A stretch of 63,853 nt of DNA, filler included, from Chiloscyllium plagiosum (taxonomy: Eukaryota), in the NCBI RefSeq assembly GCF_004010195.1. It is 5 parts of 2 records of this genome, joined end to end, with 100 filler letters (N's around TTAATTAATTAA, not from the genome) between each part and the next. Parts side by side here need not be neighbours in the genome. Positions count along the whole stretch, not along the records: positions 1 to 27,855 come from NC_057710.1; 4 more parts are not named here. The stretch is one strand, 5' to 3'. This document shows, piece after piece, positions 13,356-25,904 of this stretch; position 1 is the stretch's first letter, and every line of letters starts with the position of its first letter. The notes beneath the pieces are model-generated. The model was not told the DNA's origin. It made no database searches and was given only the letters and a program-made list of their open reading frames with translations. The translations under genes and the position numbers were made by a program.

Positions 13356-15072
13356 ATTCTTATGCAGGATTCAAGATATTTCCTGCATTATTTTCAGCTT
13401 TAATACATATACAGAGTTAAAAGATTACATAAAATAGTTCCATGGTGATATTTGCATTCTGATATCATGTTTAAGTTTATCTAACTCAATTCTGGAATAA
13501 TTTCACTTTATTTGTCCTTGGGTTGTGGGTAACACTAGAAAGGACCTCATACATTGTCCATCAGTCCCCTGGTTAGGTTCCTGTAATTCTAGTCATTGAG
13601 GTCATTTTGTTCTCACAAGGTTTCAGTCAGAAATATCACTATATTCTTCTACGAATAAATGAATGAGGTATGTTTAAATATGGCTAAGAGGGGAATCTAG
13701 AGAGTATGTTGACCGAATGAGTTTATAGCTCTTGTCCTAATCAATGGTAAACAAGATACTGTGGGTCATAATGTCAGGCAATCTTGATTCCTTGCTACAT
13801 GTATTATTTATATATTACAGCCTATGATGGAGGTCATAAATATTAAGTCCAATGGCAGGGCACAAGTCAGTGAACTACTTTGTTGTGAATGTTGTCAAGC
13901 TTCTTGTGGAAGCAGCATGCAATAAGTAGGGCTAAGTAATTCCACATGAACAGATCAAATTTAAGAGCTCTATTTCTGCCATTTCCTGTTTCAATTGGTG
14001 TTGGATACTAAAAGAACTAACAGGAGGTGGATATCAAGACAAGAAGGAAGCTCCACAAATGTCCTCTGCTTCAATGATGTTGGAACTGTCAAAGGAAGTA
14101 AAGGGTGTCTCTGGAGGAAGTAGACCTAATGGGAAGGAGCATCAGATGAAGGACCTTGTCAACCAGACATAATTCTATGTAAATGCTGTGTCTTCCTTGA
14201 TTAACCTTAATTTCCCTTCCGATTTGTAATTATTGAATGTCAGTGGAATAAAGAATCCATGCATCATGATCTTTGGGCTGTCTGTGTGTTCATGTTCCAT
14301 TTAAAGCTGGGTTGACAGGATTCCACAGTATGCACATCAAGTCAGGCAGAGTTGAGGAGTTTTAGTAGTGACCAACCTCATTTGACTTTTTCTGAGATGT
14401 GAGACCATATCATCCATCTCATGGGAAAAGATTGGATTCAGGAACTAGACTCCCATCAGCAAAGTGACTGCTGGTATGGATGGTATTAGAGACCTCAGGC
14501 TGAAGGTGGCATGGAACAGATTGTTACACATCCTATCACCACGGTAGGTTCTGCAGTCAATCCTAGCCAAGGAAGTGCCATAATAATGACAAGACTATGC
14601 AGTTGAAACAGGCCCTGTTAAACTAGTTGGGCTGCACACAGAGATTCAGGCTGTGAGTAGGGCTCAATCATATGTAGATAGAGACCTGCTCAACAGGGAG
14701 TTTCAAAGTTAGCATGTTGGAGATGTCAAGCCTAATTGATACAGAAATGGAGGTGTCACCTGTTACGCCCCATGACATACTGGCTGATGACTGTGAATTG
14801 ATTGATCTTCTTTTTCCCGTCCCGTTCTCTGCTTCACAGGAGATGGACATCCCCTATCATGGCCAGATTGAGTTCTCTCTATCTATTCTCAATCACATGT
14901 TTCATAGCTTAGGGCTTCTGGTATCTTGTGACCCAACTGGTACACCAACGGCAGCAAGGAGGTTTAGAACACCCATGGTGTAAGGGTAATGAGATTTAAG
15001 AGAAAGCTGGGCATCCTTGGAAAACATGTCTGGGACCTCAACATAAAACCCATAAGGATGCCTACCATCTAA

Positions 15073-15572
15073 NNNNNNNNNNNNNNNNNNNNNNNNNNNN
15101 NNNNNNNNNNNNNNNNNNNNNNNNNNNNNNNNNNNNNNNNNNNNNNNNNNNNNNNNNNNNNNNNNNNNNNNNNNNNNNNNNNNNNNNNNNNNNNNNNNNN
15201 NNNNNNNNNNNNNNNNNNNNNNNNNNNNNNNNNNNNNNNNNNNNNNNNNNNNNNNNNNNNNNNNNNNNNNNNNNNNNNNNNNNNNNNNNNNNNNNNNNNN
15301 NNNNNNNNNNNNNNNNNNNNNNNNNNNNNNNNNNNNNNNNNNNNNNNNNNNNNNNNNNNNNNNNNNNNNNNNNNNNNNNNNNNNNNNNNNNNNNNNNNNN
15401 NNNNNNNNNNNNNNNNNNNNNNNNNNNNNNNNNNNNNNNNNNNNNNNNNNNNNNNNNNNNNNNNNNNNNNNNNNNNNNNNNNNNNNNNNNNNNNNNNNNN
15501 NNNNNNNNNNNNNNNNNNNNNNNNNNNNNNNNNNNNNNNNNNNNNNNNNNNNNNNNNNNNNNNNNNNNNNNN
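15073..15572. other. Assembly gap (500 N)
   Basis: Run of 500 N. Confidence 1.
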
Positions 15573-15702
15573 CACCTTTTGCTGAATTAGAAACTGATAA
15601 GATCCCGACTTTGATTATCCTCATTAAGACAATGTTCACTACATTCGGCGGCAGACTGTCCCATATGTTGATAACGAAAAGCTCAAAGAATTTGACCTAT
15701 TG

Positions 15703-15865
15703 TCTTATATTTAAAAGCTGGAAATGTGTTGCTGGAAAAGCGCAGCAGGTCAGGCAGCATCCAAGGAGCAGGAGAATCGACATTACTGCGCTTTTCCAGC
15801 AACACATTTCCAGTTCTGATCTCCAGCATCTGCAGTCTTCACTTTCTCCTCTTATATTTAAAAGC
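15703..15865. mobile_element. Short hairpin-shaped Penelope-terminus insertion with 16-bp TSD
   Basis: Direct repeat tcttatatttaaaagc at 15703-15718 and 15850-15865; internal inverted repeat ctggaaatgtgttgctggaaaagcgcag / ctgcgcttttccagcaacacatttccag. Confidence 0.8.
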
Positions 15866-15949
15866 ACAGTACAACTATTGCAATAACTAGGCAGTATCAT
15901 TCTGTACTGTCAAGGGCACTTATAAGGGATTGTTTCTATATGCTAGCAT

Positions 15950-16345
15950 TACAGTCATAAAGTCGAATCATTCCATGCTGGACATAATCCCAAACTAAGC
16001 TAGTCCTCCCTGCCTGCTCCTGGCTGAAATCTGTCCAAACGTTTCCTACTCATGTACTAATCTAAGTGTCTTTTAAATATTGTAACTGCGCCTGCATCCA
16101 CCACTTCCTCAGGAAGTTCATTCCACACATGAACACTCTTTTTTAAATCTCTCTTCTCATCTTAAAAATATAACCCCTAGTTTTGAAATCCCCATTCTTG
16201 GGAAATGACACCCACCATTAACTCTATCTATAATCAACAAGATTTTATAAACTTCTATACGGTCACCTCTCAATCTCCTACTCTCCAGCGAACAAAGTCC
16301 CAGCCTATCTGGCCTTCCTTTATAATTCAAACCTTCTACACCCGG
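15950..16345 (-). mobile_element. CR1 LINE 3' end
   Basis: Reverse complement of the CR1 3' region seen at 30480-30950. Confidence 0.75.
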
Positions 16346-17429
16346 TGTTGATTTTTTATTGATTTTCTTTAGAATAAATTGAACTTTATTAAAAAAACTT
16401 AATGTATTTGAACATAAACATATTATGAAATAATGTTATGGAAGTTAAAAAACTTTAATAGTATTTCCTATTATTCCCTTTACATATTTTACAATATTTT
16501 GCAACCTATTTCTATTAAATGTAATATACTGCAACACAATAATGCAAAACCTAATCAATATGTCACTCCTGTGGGTGATGTCCAGTGATTTATTTTCACA
16601 TAAAATATTATGGTTCATTTATCATCTTGTTGCCTTTGCAGAACTGGTACTTTAAAATAAACATTATGTCTGTATTTCCTGTGGCAATGCAGGAGTACCA
16701 AGAAAAAAACAACAGACAGTGAGCAGATGTCAACCCTGAAGAGCTCCATCATCACTGCTTCAACAGTCCTCAGAAATAAACCCATTTGGAGTTATCAAGC
16801 CAATTAGATTACTCATTTAAAGTGCACTTATTTCATAATTACATTGACTGAGACTAGGGTACCATGTAATTCTTTTAGCTTGTCTGAGGGACAGTTTTCA
16901 AGGGTTACATTTTCATTCCCACTAATTACTTTAGTAAATGATGCAACTACAAAGTAACAGTATTTACATTTGTAATCTGTGTTTGTGTTTATATATAGTA
17001 CATCTGGATTCTCAGAGAAGCAGAATTAGAAGAATTCATCAATATCCTCAAAAATTACGAACTCTATTCAATGTAAAGGCACAACACATAAGAAGAACAT
17101 TCATTTTCTACATACCACAATATTTAATTTGGCACAAGACAAATGGTAAAAGTTAACAACAAAGGTTTTTCAAAATAACTGACACAAAGCCATCACCAAG
17201 AATGCATCGTCACAAGCTGGTGAGGTCATGGTAATGTGTTTTCATCCCATTTGCACAATGCTGGAATATTTTTACCTGGCAGTAACTCTTGTTTTTAACT
17301 GCATGTCTGATTTTAAACTCAGATTTTAAATTATCAATTGACATTGTTGTCATAACAATAACGTTCACTACATGTTTCCCCATATAACTACTAAACATAA
17401 ACAACCGAAGAAAGAGAAGTACACACAAG

Positions 17430-17790
17430 CAGAGTGTATCATCCGCAAGATGCATTGCAGATATTCACCAAAGATCCTCAGACAGCAACTCCAAAAACCC
17501 ACAACCACTTCCATCTAGAAGGACAAGGGCAACAGATGCATGTGAATGCTACCACTTTCACATTCCCCTCCAAGCCACTCACCATCCTGACTTGGAAATA
17601 TAAGTGCCGTTCCTTCCCTGTCACTGGGTCAAAATCCTGGAATGCCCTACCTAAGGACATTGTGGGTGAACCTAAAGCAGGTGGATTGCAGCAGTCCAAC
17701 AATGCAGCTCACCACCACCTTCTCAACGGATGGGCAATAAAAGCCAGCACAGCCAATAATGCTCATTTGCAACAAATGAATTTTTAAAAA
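17430..17790 (+). mobile_element. LINE 3' end (second CR1-clade family)
   Basis: caagatgcattgcag...KSWNALP-coding segment, then ggcaataaa...aatgaa tail; homologous to 36015-36205. Confidence 0.7.
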
Positions 17791-18557
17791 TCAGGAACTA
17801 CATTCATTTATAAGCAATACATTGCAAAATTCAAATTTCCTATCTGCTAGTCATCTGAGTCTTCTTTAGTGACATATTTGAAACTGTTCCTTCTGCTTTT
17901 AGCCTCTCTCTCCCTTGCCACCTTTGCAGCCTCACTCTCTCTCAACCAGCTGGCAGCCTCACTCCCTCCCATTCTATCTTCTCAACTATAGCAGACTTCC
18001 TCTTTCCCAAACATTTGCAGACTTTCTCTCTCCCAAATCTTTGCAGCCTCCCTGTCTTTCTCTCCCCATTAGGATCTCCTCATTCTCCCTAGACTTGCTG
18101 TTTCCCCAACCACTCTTCATCCCCCATGTGGGCTTTCTGTCACTCTCCCACCCAACACCATGGGCATTATCTTCCCAGCCATGAATGTGGACCATGGTGT
18201 AATTTTGGGCAAACAGGGTGAGGTGCTCAGCAAGGGGGCCTACCAAGGAACACTGCTAGGGTAGAGAAGTGGAAAAATCAATGCTGAGCCCATGGGATGG
18301 GATCCAGGACATTTTGTCAAATTGGATCTAAAATTGGCTCAGTGGCAGAAAGCTGATGTTGAGACTGAAGGGTGCTTTTGCTACTGGAAGCTGGTGTCCA
18401 GTGGCATACCTTAGGGCTCAGTGTTGGGTCCTTTGCAGTTTGTTGTGTACACTATTGATTAAGACATTAGGAAGTATGAGCAATAAGTTCACAGATGACT
18501 TGAACATTGGTGGTGTGGTTAATAATGAGGAAGACGTCTTTGGCTACAGGATGACAA

Positions 18558-19060
18558 AGAGTCATAGAATTATGGAGATATACAGCATTGAAACAGACCC
18601 TTCGGTTCAACTCCTCCATGCTGACCAGATATCCTAAATTAATCTCGTCCCATTTGCCTGCACTTGGCTCATATCCCTCTAAACCCTTCCAATTCATGTA
18701 TCCATCCAAATGCCTTTTAAATGCTGTAATTTTATACCAATCTCCACCAATTCCTCTGCCAACCCATTCCATACATGTACCGCCATCTGTGTGAAAAAGT
18801 TGCCCCTTAGGTCCCTTTTAAATCTTTCACCTCTCATTTTAAACCTATGTCCTCTAGTTCTGAACTCCCCCACCCCAGGGAAAATACCTTGTCTATTTAA
18901 CCCATCCATGCCCATCATGATTTTATAAATCTTGAGAAGGTCACCCCTCAGCCTCTGATGCTCCAAGGAAAACAGCCCCAGACTATTCAACCTCTCCCTA
19001 TTACAACATCCTTGTAAATCTTTTCTGAACCCTTTCAAATTTCACAACATCCTTCCGATA
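18558..19060 (-). mobile_element. CR1 LINE 3' end nested in an older CR1
   Basis: ORF 18694..19038 (LGLFSLEHQRLRGDL...GNFFTQ). Confidence 0.85.
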
Positions 19061-19174
19061 GACAGGCCGATAGATGGGCTGAACAAGACAAATGGAATTT
19101 AATCCTGAAAGGTGTGAGGTGATACATTTTGGCAGAAATGAAAAAAAGCAAGGGAGTACACATTGAATCGTCGT

Positions 19175-19483
19175 GGGCGGCATGGTGGCACAGTGGTTAG
19201 CACTGCTGCCTCACAGCGCCAGACACCCAGGTTCAATTCCCGCCTCAGGCAACTCTCTGTGTGGAGTTTGCACATTCTCCCCGTGTCTGTGTGGGTTTCC
19301 TCCGGGTGCTCCGCTTTCCTCCCACAGTCCAAAAATGTGCAGGTTAGGTGGATTGGCCATGCTAAATCATGTTAGGTGAAGGGGTAAATGTAGGGGAATG
19401 GGTCTGGGTGGGTTGCGCTTCGGCGGGTCGGTGTGGACTTGTTAGGCCGAAGGGCCTGTTTCCACACTGTAAGTAATCTAATC
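19175..19483 (+). mobile_element. HE1 / V-SINE
   Basis: gggcggcatggtggcacagtggttagc... through aagtaatctaatc. Confidence 0.92.
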
Positions 19484-20334
19484 AAAGTAACCTTAGGAAG
19501 TACAGACGGTCAGCGGGACCTTGGTGTGCCTTTCCGGAATGTCAGCAGGATGGGTAGACAAGGCAATTAAGACAGGATACTTATACTTATTAGTCACGGC
19601 TTTGAATGCAAGAGCAAGGGGTTTATGATAGCATGACATTTAATGTTAGCTAGGCCACAGCTGGAGTACTGAGTGCAGTTCTGATCACCACACTATTGGA
19701 AGGATGTGACTGTTGTAGAGAGGGTGCAGAAGAGATATTGGATAGGTTGGAGCTTTGAAAAGAGACTGGTTAGGGTGGCTTTTCTTACAACACACAAAAA
19801 GCTGAGGGGGACAGGTGGGATCTGACTGAGGTTTACAAAGTTCCGAGGGGCATAAACAGGGTCAAAAGTGAGAATTCCTTTTACCCAGAGTTACCCAGTT
19901 GGGTTAATAATGAGGGAGCACAGTTTTCAGCTAAGAAGTTGGGGGGGGGGGGGGACATAAGAAGAACATTCATTTTCTACATGGGGGGGGGTGGGGAGGG
20001 GAGGGATCAGAGGTGATTTGAGGGGAAAACCACTCAATGGGTTCCAGGTTTCTGGAACTCACTGCTTAAAATATACTAGTTGGTGAGAACCCTCAAGACT
20101 TTGTAAAAAATATTTAGATGAACGCTTGAAATACCATAGATACAGCCCAAGTGCTGGAAACTGGGATCAGTCGAGATGAATGTTTGATAAATGGTGCAGA
20201 ACAATGGACTAGTAAATCTCTATAATTCTAAGCATGGTCCTGGTACCACCCCGGTTCTTATATTCTTGAGATTGCTCATGCTCTTGCTGCAGTTGGGAGT
20301 CTACGTGCCCTGCAGAATGAGAAACAATGACTCC

Positions 20335-20482
20335 ATCATGCAACTGATTGGGGTGGATTGAAAGTGAGGAGGGAGGTTGAGAAGGTGAGACTTCATAGTG
20401 ACCTCAGCCTGTACAGGAGTTGAACTTACATTGTTGGCATCACTTCACAATACAAACCAGCCAAGCAGCCAACTGAGCTAAC
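20335..20482 (-). mobile_element. Second tRNA-derived SINE family (degraded)
   Basis: Minus strand gttagctcagttggctg...gtgatgccaac...gttcaactcc...ggctgaggtcac; homologous to 24349-24535. Confidence 0.55.
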
Positions 20483-21364
20483 AGACTCTAACTGTTCCAC
20501 TACCTTCAAGGTGAAGCGTCACTCTGGACTGCCAAACTTTACCAGGTTCAAAGTGGCACTGATTCCAGAGATCCAGGGATAAGACTGCAAAGATGAGTGC
20601 TTCTGCCTACAGCGAGTGGAAGAATTGGGCTGGCATCAGATGGTGGTGCTCCACAGGGGTGTGGCACCCAGTTAGTGAGCTAAGTTTGAGATGACCATGT
20701 GAGAACACTTGCAAGGACTCGCAATAAAGAAACCCTCCATGAGGCTCGATATAAAAGGCACTTAGTGGATTTCAGGTGAAATTCAGTCCCATGTCTCCCC
20801 CTACCATTAATGTACAGCCTCCCAGTCTACTCCCCTGCTAGCACCTTTGTGGCCTCCCTTTCTCTGCAAGACCCTTTGCAGGCTCTATGTTTCTCCTCAA
20901 ACCCATGGGACGTAGCAGGCTGATGTCCTCAGCAAAATGGCGGCTGTTCACTCAATCTCCTAGCCTCAGAAAGACAGTCATAGACTGAGCATCATCTCCT
21001 GCTCCTGGACCTTGTCTGTATCTTCTCACAACTCACATGGCGTAGTTCTCCCCTCCCATTCCCATGACCCAATACAACTCCAATCCCTACCCTGCAAATC
21101 CAAACACCCCTGATCTCGCATCTTCCTTTAAAATCTTGGACCTCACACCACCCACTAACTCATGGCCCTCACCACTTCAAATTCCTGAAATGTAATCCAG
21201 GCCCACTTTTCAGTCCCTGACTCTTCTTGCTTCCAGACCCAGGTTTCAGTCCTCTCATTTACTCTCAGACTCAACCCCTGACTCCCAGTGCCCATATCTT
21301 CCTGTTCCCAGACCATTATACATCACCATTCAGTGATTATATGTCGCATTTTATGAGTTATAGA

Positions 21365-21665
21365 GGTCTGCACCAACCCTCCAGAGAGAATCCCACCCAG
21401 AATGCTACCATATCCCCATACTTATCACAGCTAATCCACTTCGCCTGCACACTGCCACACACACTATGGGACAATTTAGCATGGTCCATCCACCCAACCT
21501 ACACATCTTTGGTCTGTGGGAGGAAACCGAAGCACCCAGTGGAAATCCATTTACACATGGGCAGATCGTACAAACTCCACACAGACAGTTGCCCAAGGCT
21601 GGATTGAACCTGGGTTCTTGGTGCTGTGAGGCAGCAGTGCTAAACACTGAGCCACCATGCCATCC
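21365..21665 (-). mobile_element. HE1 / V-SINE, older copy
   Basis: Reverse complement of the HE1 head (gctgtgaggcagcagtgctaaacactgagccaccatgcc) and the V-domain. Confidence 0.85.
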
Positions 21666-23409
21666 ATGACCAAATTTAGTTCTTTTGATAATTGATATGT
21701 TCAATTGCACTACCATCATGTCCCTTACTGGTTCATCAAAAAACTTTGGTCATGGATGATTTGCCTTTAACAAATCTGTGCTGGCTATCACTCATGTAAA
21801 CGAGCGCTGAATCATGTCTTGAGTACGAGAAGAATAAGTTTTAATGAGCCAAAGGCTTTCATTCATTCTGTACTTTTCTTGTTTGAAGTATTTGATACAA
21901 GAGCAGATTATCAAGCTCTGCATCTGAACATATGGTACATTATTAATGAAACATGCTTTTTGTTGGTAGGATGTACATGTAATTAAGAGAAATTAAGAAA
22001 AGGCCCACTTTCTCCATTTTAGGAGTCTTTATGCCATCATTGCCTTAAAAGTTTCTTCTGACTGCCAGTCAATAACAATGTTACTGAGAACAGCAAGTTA
22101 CTGTTTGCAGGTTCTGGTCCTGAACATGTCGTTCTGAGAGAGAAACTTTGTTGTGGAAGAGTGTATTGAGCAACCTGACTCTAAACAGATAAAACTGCTC
22201 CAGTAAACGAGTAAGGATAATATTTTGAAGTTTGAGCCTTTAGCTAGGAAACTAATAAATCATTGCATGACCTGCCAACTATTTAGTTTTCCAAATCATT
22301 TAGTAATGACAAATCTGACACATTCACCTCTTAAGTAACTGGTTTTACTATTTACAGCAGCATAACACACACTGAACTAGAATAACTGTCTATGTTCCTG
22401 GAAGATAGTAAGGTCTCAAAGTCAACAACAAACTCCCTGGATGCAACACGGCTTAGAAAGTCAGCTGCAGCTGAGGCTGCCTGATGCTGGGAACAGTTCA
22501 GCCATTCCAACAAACTGTATCCAGAAAAGTGTGTTGGACTTCTTGATGATAGAATATTATTTGCCCTTTTTAAACTACCACACTGAGCCAGCATTCAAGT
22601 TTGAAAGCATTTTCTTTATGTCTTTGTTTTTGCAGTCACGAGACTGGTATTGTTATGAAGTGTCAGTCCAATAGGCTAACTTTGGGACTCACAGTTGGCT
22701 TGTGGGCTTTAGTGACCGGATTAGGACTGACTCCTCTAATTGCATATTTCAATATGAGCGAGGTGAGCAAGAGCGAACTCTATTTCCGGACGCTGATAAA
22801 TCCCGTGTGGGTGCCATCCTTGTTTGTTCCAAAAAACTGGTGCACTCACATGCCCCTTTCCAACACCACCTGGCACAGCTCTGTTTGTTCAGATGATCAT
22901 ATTAAACAAGGACCAAAGAGAGGGATGGGGGGTAACCCTGAAGCAGGAACCAGGGCACAAAGCAGAAGGTTAGGTTGGGGGAGCAAGATTGGTGCCACTG
23001 AACGTCGGCTTGCTAACTATGTTTAGAGAAATATTGTATAGCACAATGAAACAGACAGATACCACTGCTGAAAATTGTAAGATTATTTTGATGCAAAGTT
23101 TGACATCAGAACTCATGTAGTACATTACTTTTTATTTGAAGGACTCATATTTGCCATGAAATAAACAAATGATCCATGGTTATATTTAATTCAGGTCATT
23201 GAAGAAAAGCAATAAAGATTATGATTGTAAATCTATTTCAACATTATCAAGAATAAAACTTTGAAGTCAAACCAGAAACATAAGCATGCTCTCAAGATAC
23301 TTGTCAACACAATTGGATATCATTTTACAGTATTAGAGTGCTGCATAAATCTTCATCTATGCCTTTGTTACTGTTAGATTTGGTTAGTCCAATGCACTCG
23401 AGCTGCCTC

Positions 23410-23850
23410 TCATACCTCTGTAAACGTGAGGCTGTCCAAAGCTGTGTTGCTCACACACTGCCTGCTTAACTACACTGGCTTCCAGCCAAGTAAAACCTTG
23501 ATTTTAAATTCACTTCATTGTTTTCAAAATCATTCCCCTCAATTTTTGTAATCTCCTCTAGTCCTAAAACCTTTTGAGGTAACTGTGCTCATCTAATTTT
23601 GGACTGTTGAACATCCCAAAGATTAATGGTTCCACCCTCAGTGGTAGTACCTTCAGATATCAAGGCTCTAAGTTCTAGAATCGAAGCTCTTTTAAATATC
23701 TCAAACACTTGACCTGTATTTTATCCTTTAAGATGATCATGAATACCCAATTCAATTGACTAAGCTTTTGGTCATCTGTCCCCAGATCTTCTTATGTGGT
23801 CGGGTCCCAAATTCTGCTTTTTAATGTTTTTCAGGATGTTTTATTCTGGT
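23410..23850 (+). mobile_element. Probable ancient L2-type LINE 3' remnant
   Basis: actggcttccag...ttgattttaaatt (LHWLP...IDFK-like) and downstream SFK..LKT-like remnants; very degraded. Confidence 0.4.
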
Positions 23851-24348
23851 GAAGCTTCAATATGGAAATACAAGATGCCCTAGTGGAGTCTATATTCTAT
23901 CCACTGCCACATTCAGCAAACAACCAGCAGCATTGTCGAAAATAACCTACTTGACATTGGCCTAATCTTGTGCAGTACATCCTTTCAGCCCAACCAGTCC
24001 ATGCAAGTGCTAATGCTTCAGTCAATACACCTCCTAGCTTTCTTCAACCAACTCTGTCATCATAACCCTCTAATCGCCTTTCCCTACATGCTTCTCTTAT
24101 TACTTTTTAAATTATTTAGACAAACTACAATGGGTTTCACGTTCTAATTAACCTTTAAATAAAGATGTTTTTTTCTTTATTTGATATCTTAGTGATGGCC
24201 TCTTGTATGTTTTCTTCCCACAAAGGGTAACTTTCTCTAAATATCCACTCTATCAAAGCCTTTAATCAGTGTAATAAGCCCTATTTGGTAGACCTTCAAT
24301 TTCCTTTGATAAAAGGACAGACACCCAGCCTGTTCCACCTTTCCTTTG

Positions 24349-24535
24349 GGTGTACCATAGCTCAATTGGCAGGTTTACACTGCAGAGTGATGCCAACAGC
24401 ACAGGTTCAATTCTCACACTGGCTGAGGTCACCACGAAAGTCCTGCCTTCTCACTCTCGCCTGAGGTGTAAAGGCCCTCAGGTTTAACTCAGCACCAGTC
24501 GTCTATCCCTAGTGAGAATGGGACTATCACATATT
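24349..24535 (+). mobile_element. Second tRNA-derived SINE family
   Basis: tagctcaattgg A-box, ggttcaattc B-box, body ggctgaggtcacc...gcctgaggtg...cctcaggtttaa; homologous to 20335-20482. Confidence 0.6.
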
Positions 24536-24614
24536 TACCTGATACCAAAATATTTCTAGCATTATCTTTGTATAATTTTTCTAAGATGTAGGAAATAGTT
24601 CCTTTGATGTACAA

Positions 24615-25095
24615 TTAATTCAGAGACTCAGGTAAAGTTCTGGGGAACTGGGTTCAAATCCTCAAATCATTCAAAATGGTGGAATTTGAATTCACTAAAA
24701 ATCTGCAATGAAGAATCTCATGATGACCATTGTCATAGAAATTCATCCTGTTCACTAAGGAAGGAAGAGTCCGTCCTTACTTGTTCTTGCCTACATGTGA
24801 CTCCAGATCCACAGTAATGTGGCTGTAATTATCCTCTGACACAGCCTAATAAGCCATTCAGTTGTAACATCAGAACAGGAGTAGGCCATTCAGCCCCTCA
24901 AGCCTGTTCCACCACTCATTGTGATCGTGGCTGACCTGTGGTCTAACTCCATACTCCTACCTTTGGCCCAAATCTCTTAATATCTTTGCTTAACAAAAAA
25001 TTATCTATCTCAGATTTAAAATTAACAACTAACAATCATTAAGAAGTCTCAAAAAAAGGAATTAAACTAAATGGACCACCTGGCACCAACCTACC
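24615..25095 (+). mobile_element. SINE-like head of a LINE family, interrupted by a CR1 tail (~24870-25035, minus)
   Basis: ggttcaaatcc B-box-like motif, then catgtgactccagatccacagtaatgtgg and aagccattcagttgta...gaagtctcaaaa...ccacctggcacc; colinear with 26900-27290 (-) and 38520-38745 (-). Confidence 0.6.
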
Positions 25096-25245
25096 CAATG
25101 ACTAATGCACTATGGGCAATTTAGCATGGCCAATTCACCTGACCTGCACATCTTTGGATTTGGGAGGAAACCAGAGCACCCGGAGGAAACCCACACAGAC
25201 ATGGGGAGAATGAGCAAACTCTACACAGTCGCCCAAGGCTGTATT
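25095..25245 (-). mobile_element. HE1 / V-SINE fragment
   Basis: Reverse complement of the V-domain (ggaggaaaccagagcacccggaggaaaccc). Confidence 0.8.
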
Positions 25246-25289
25246 GGAAGATTATTCAGCAACTGCCCCTGATACTGAGAAAAGCTACG

Positions 25290-25557
25290 ATGAAACAAAG
25301 AGACCTAAGGGGCAACTTTTTCACGCAGAGGGTTGTACGTGTATGGAAAAAGCTGCCAGAAGAAGTGGTGGAGGCTGGTACAATTGCAACATTTAAGAGG
25401 CATCTGGATGGCTATATGAATAGGAAGGGTTTGGAGGGATATGGGCCGGGTGCTGGCAGGTGGGACAAGATTGGGTTGGGATATCTGGTCGGCATGGACG
25501 GGTTGGACCGAAGGGTCTGTTTCCATGCTATACATCTCTATGAGTCTATGACTCTAT
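25290..25557 (+). mobile_element. CR1 LINE 3' end
   Basis: RDLRGNFFTQRVVRVW; tail ctctatgagtctatgactcta. Confidence 0.9.
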
Positions 25558-25904
25558 TTGCTAGAGCCAGACAGAGCAGGAATTTCCCGCAGTTGAAATC
25601 AAGTTGTTATGTATCATATTTATCTGGGAATGACAGATAGTTCTAAATTCAAACATGTTATTTACAGAATTAAAGCATTTTAGAACTCTGTTGACCTTCT
25701 AATATTCCCATAGTAAAAGTTAGAACCAACAAACTATTCTCTCTCAATAATTTTATCTCTGAAAGTCAGAAATCAGCCACTTGACTCACCAGTTTTACTT
25801 TCAGGCTAAAGCAATCAAGCACTATACAAGGATCTGTGATCAGACATGCTTAGCCAAGTACTACACCCCTGACCTCACAAGAATCAGAATTATTTACACC
25901 ATTG

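Larger units (their letters stand above)
18270..20230 (+). mobile_element. Old CR1 RT-to-3' remnant hosting nested insertions
   Basis: NKFTDDLNIGG (FADDTK-like) in ORF 18356..18637; the remnant resumes after insertions at 18558-19060 and 19175-19483. Confidence 0.7.

Noticed and set aside
13950..15070. Possible LTR-retrotransposon protease remnant (HLMGKDWIQEL near 14415)
   Set aside because: A single short motif with no D(T/S)G active site or RT nearby.
14902..15639. Long ORFs of 245 and 168 aa
   Set aside because: They span the 500-N gap.
22330..23030. Cluster of 64-141 aa ORFs and LTR-like text (tgttatg..., agtaaa)
   Set aside because: No recognisable protein motif, and no definable LTR ends or TSD; possibly an old solo LTR but unsupported.
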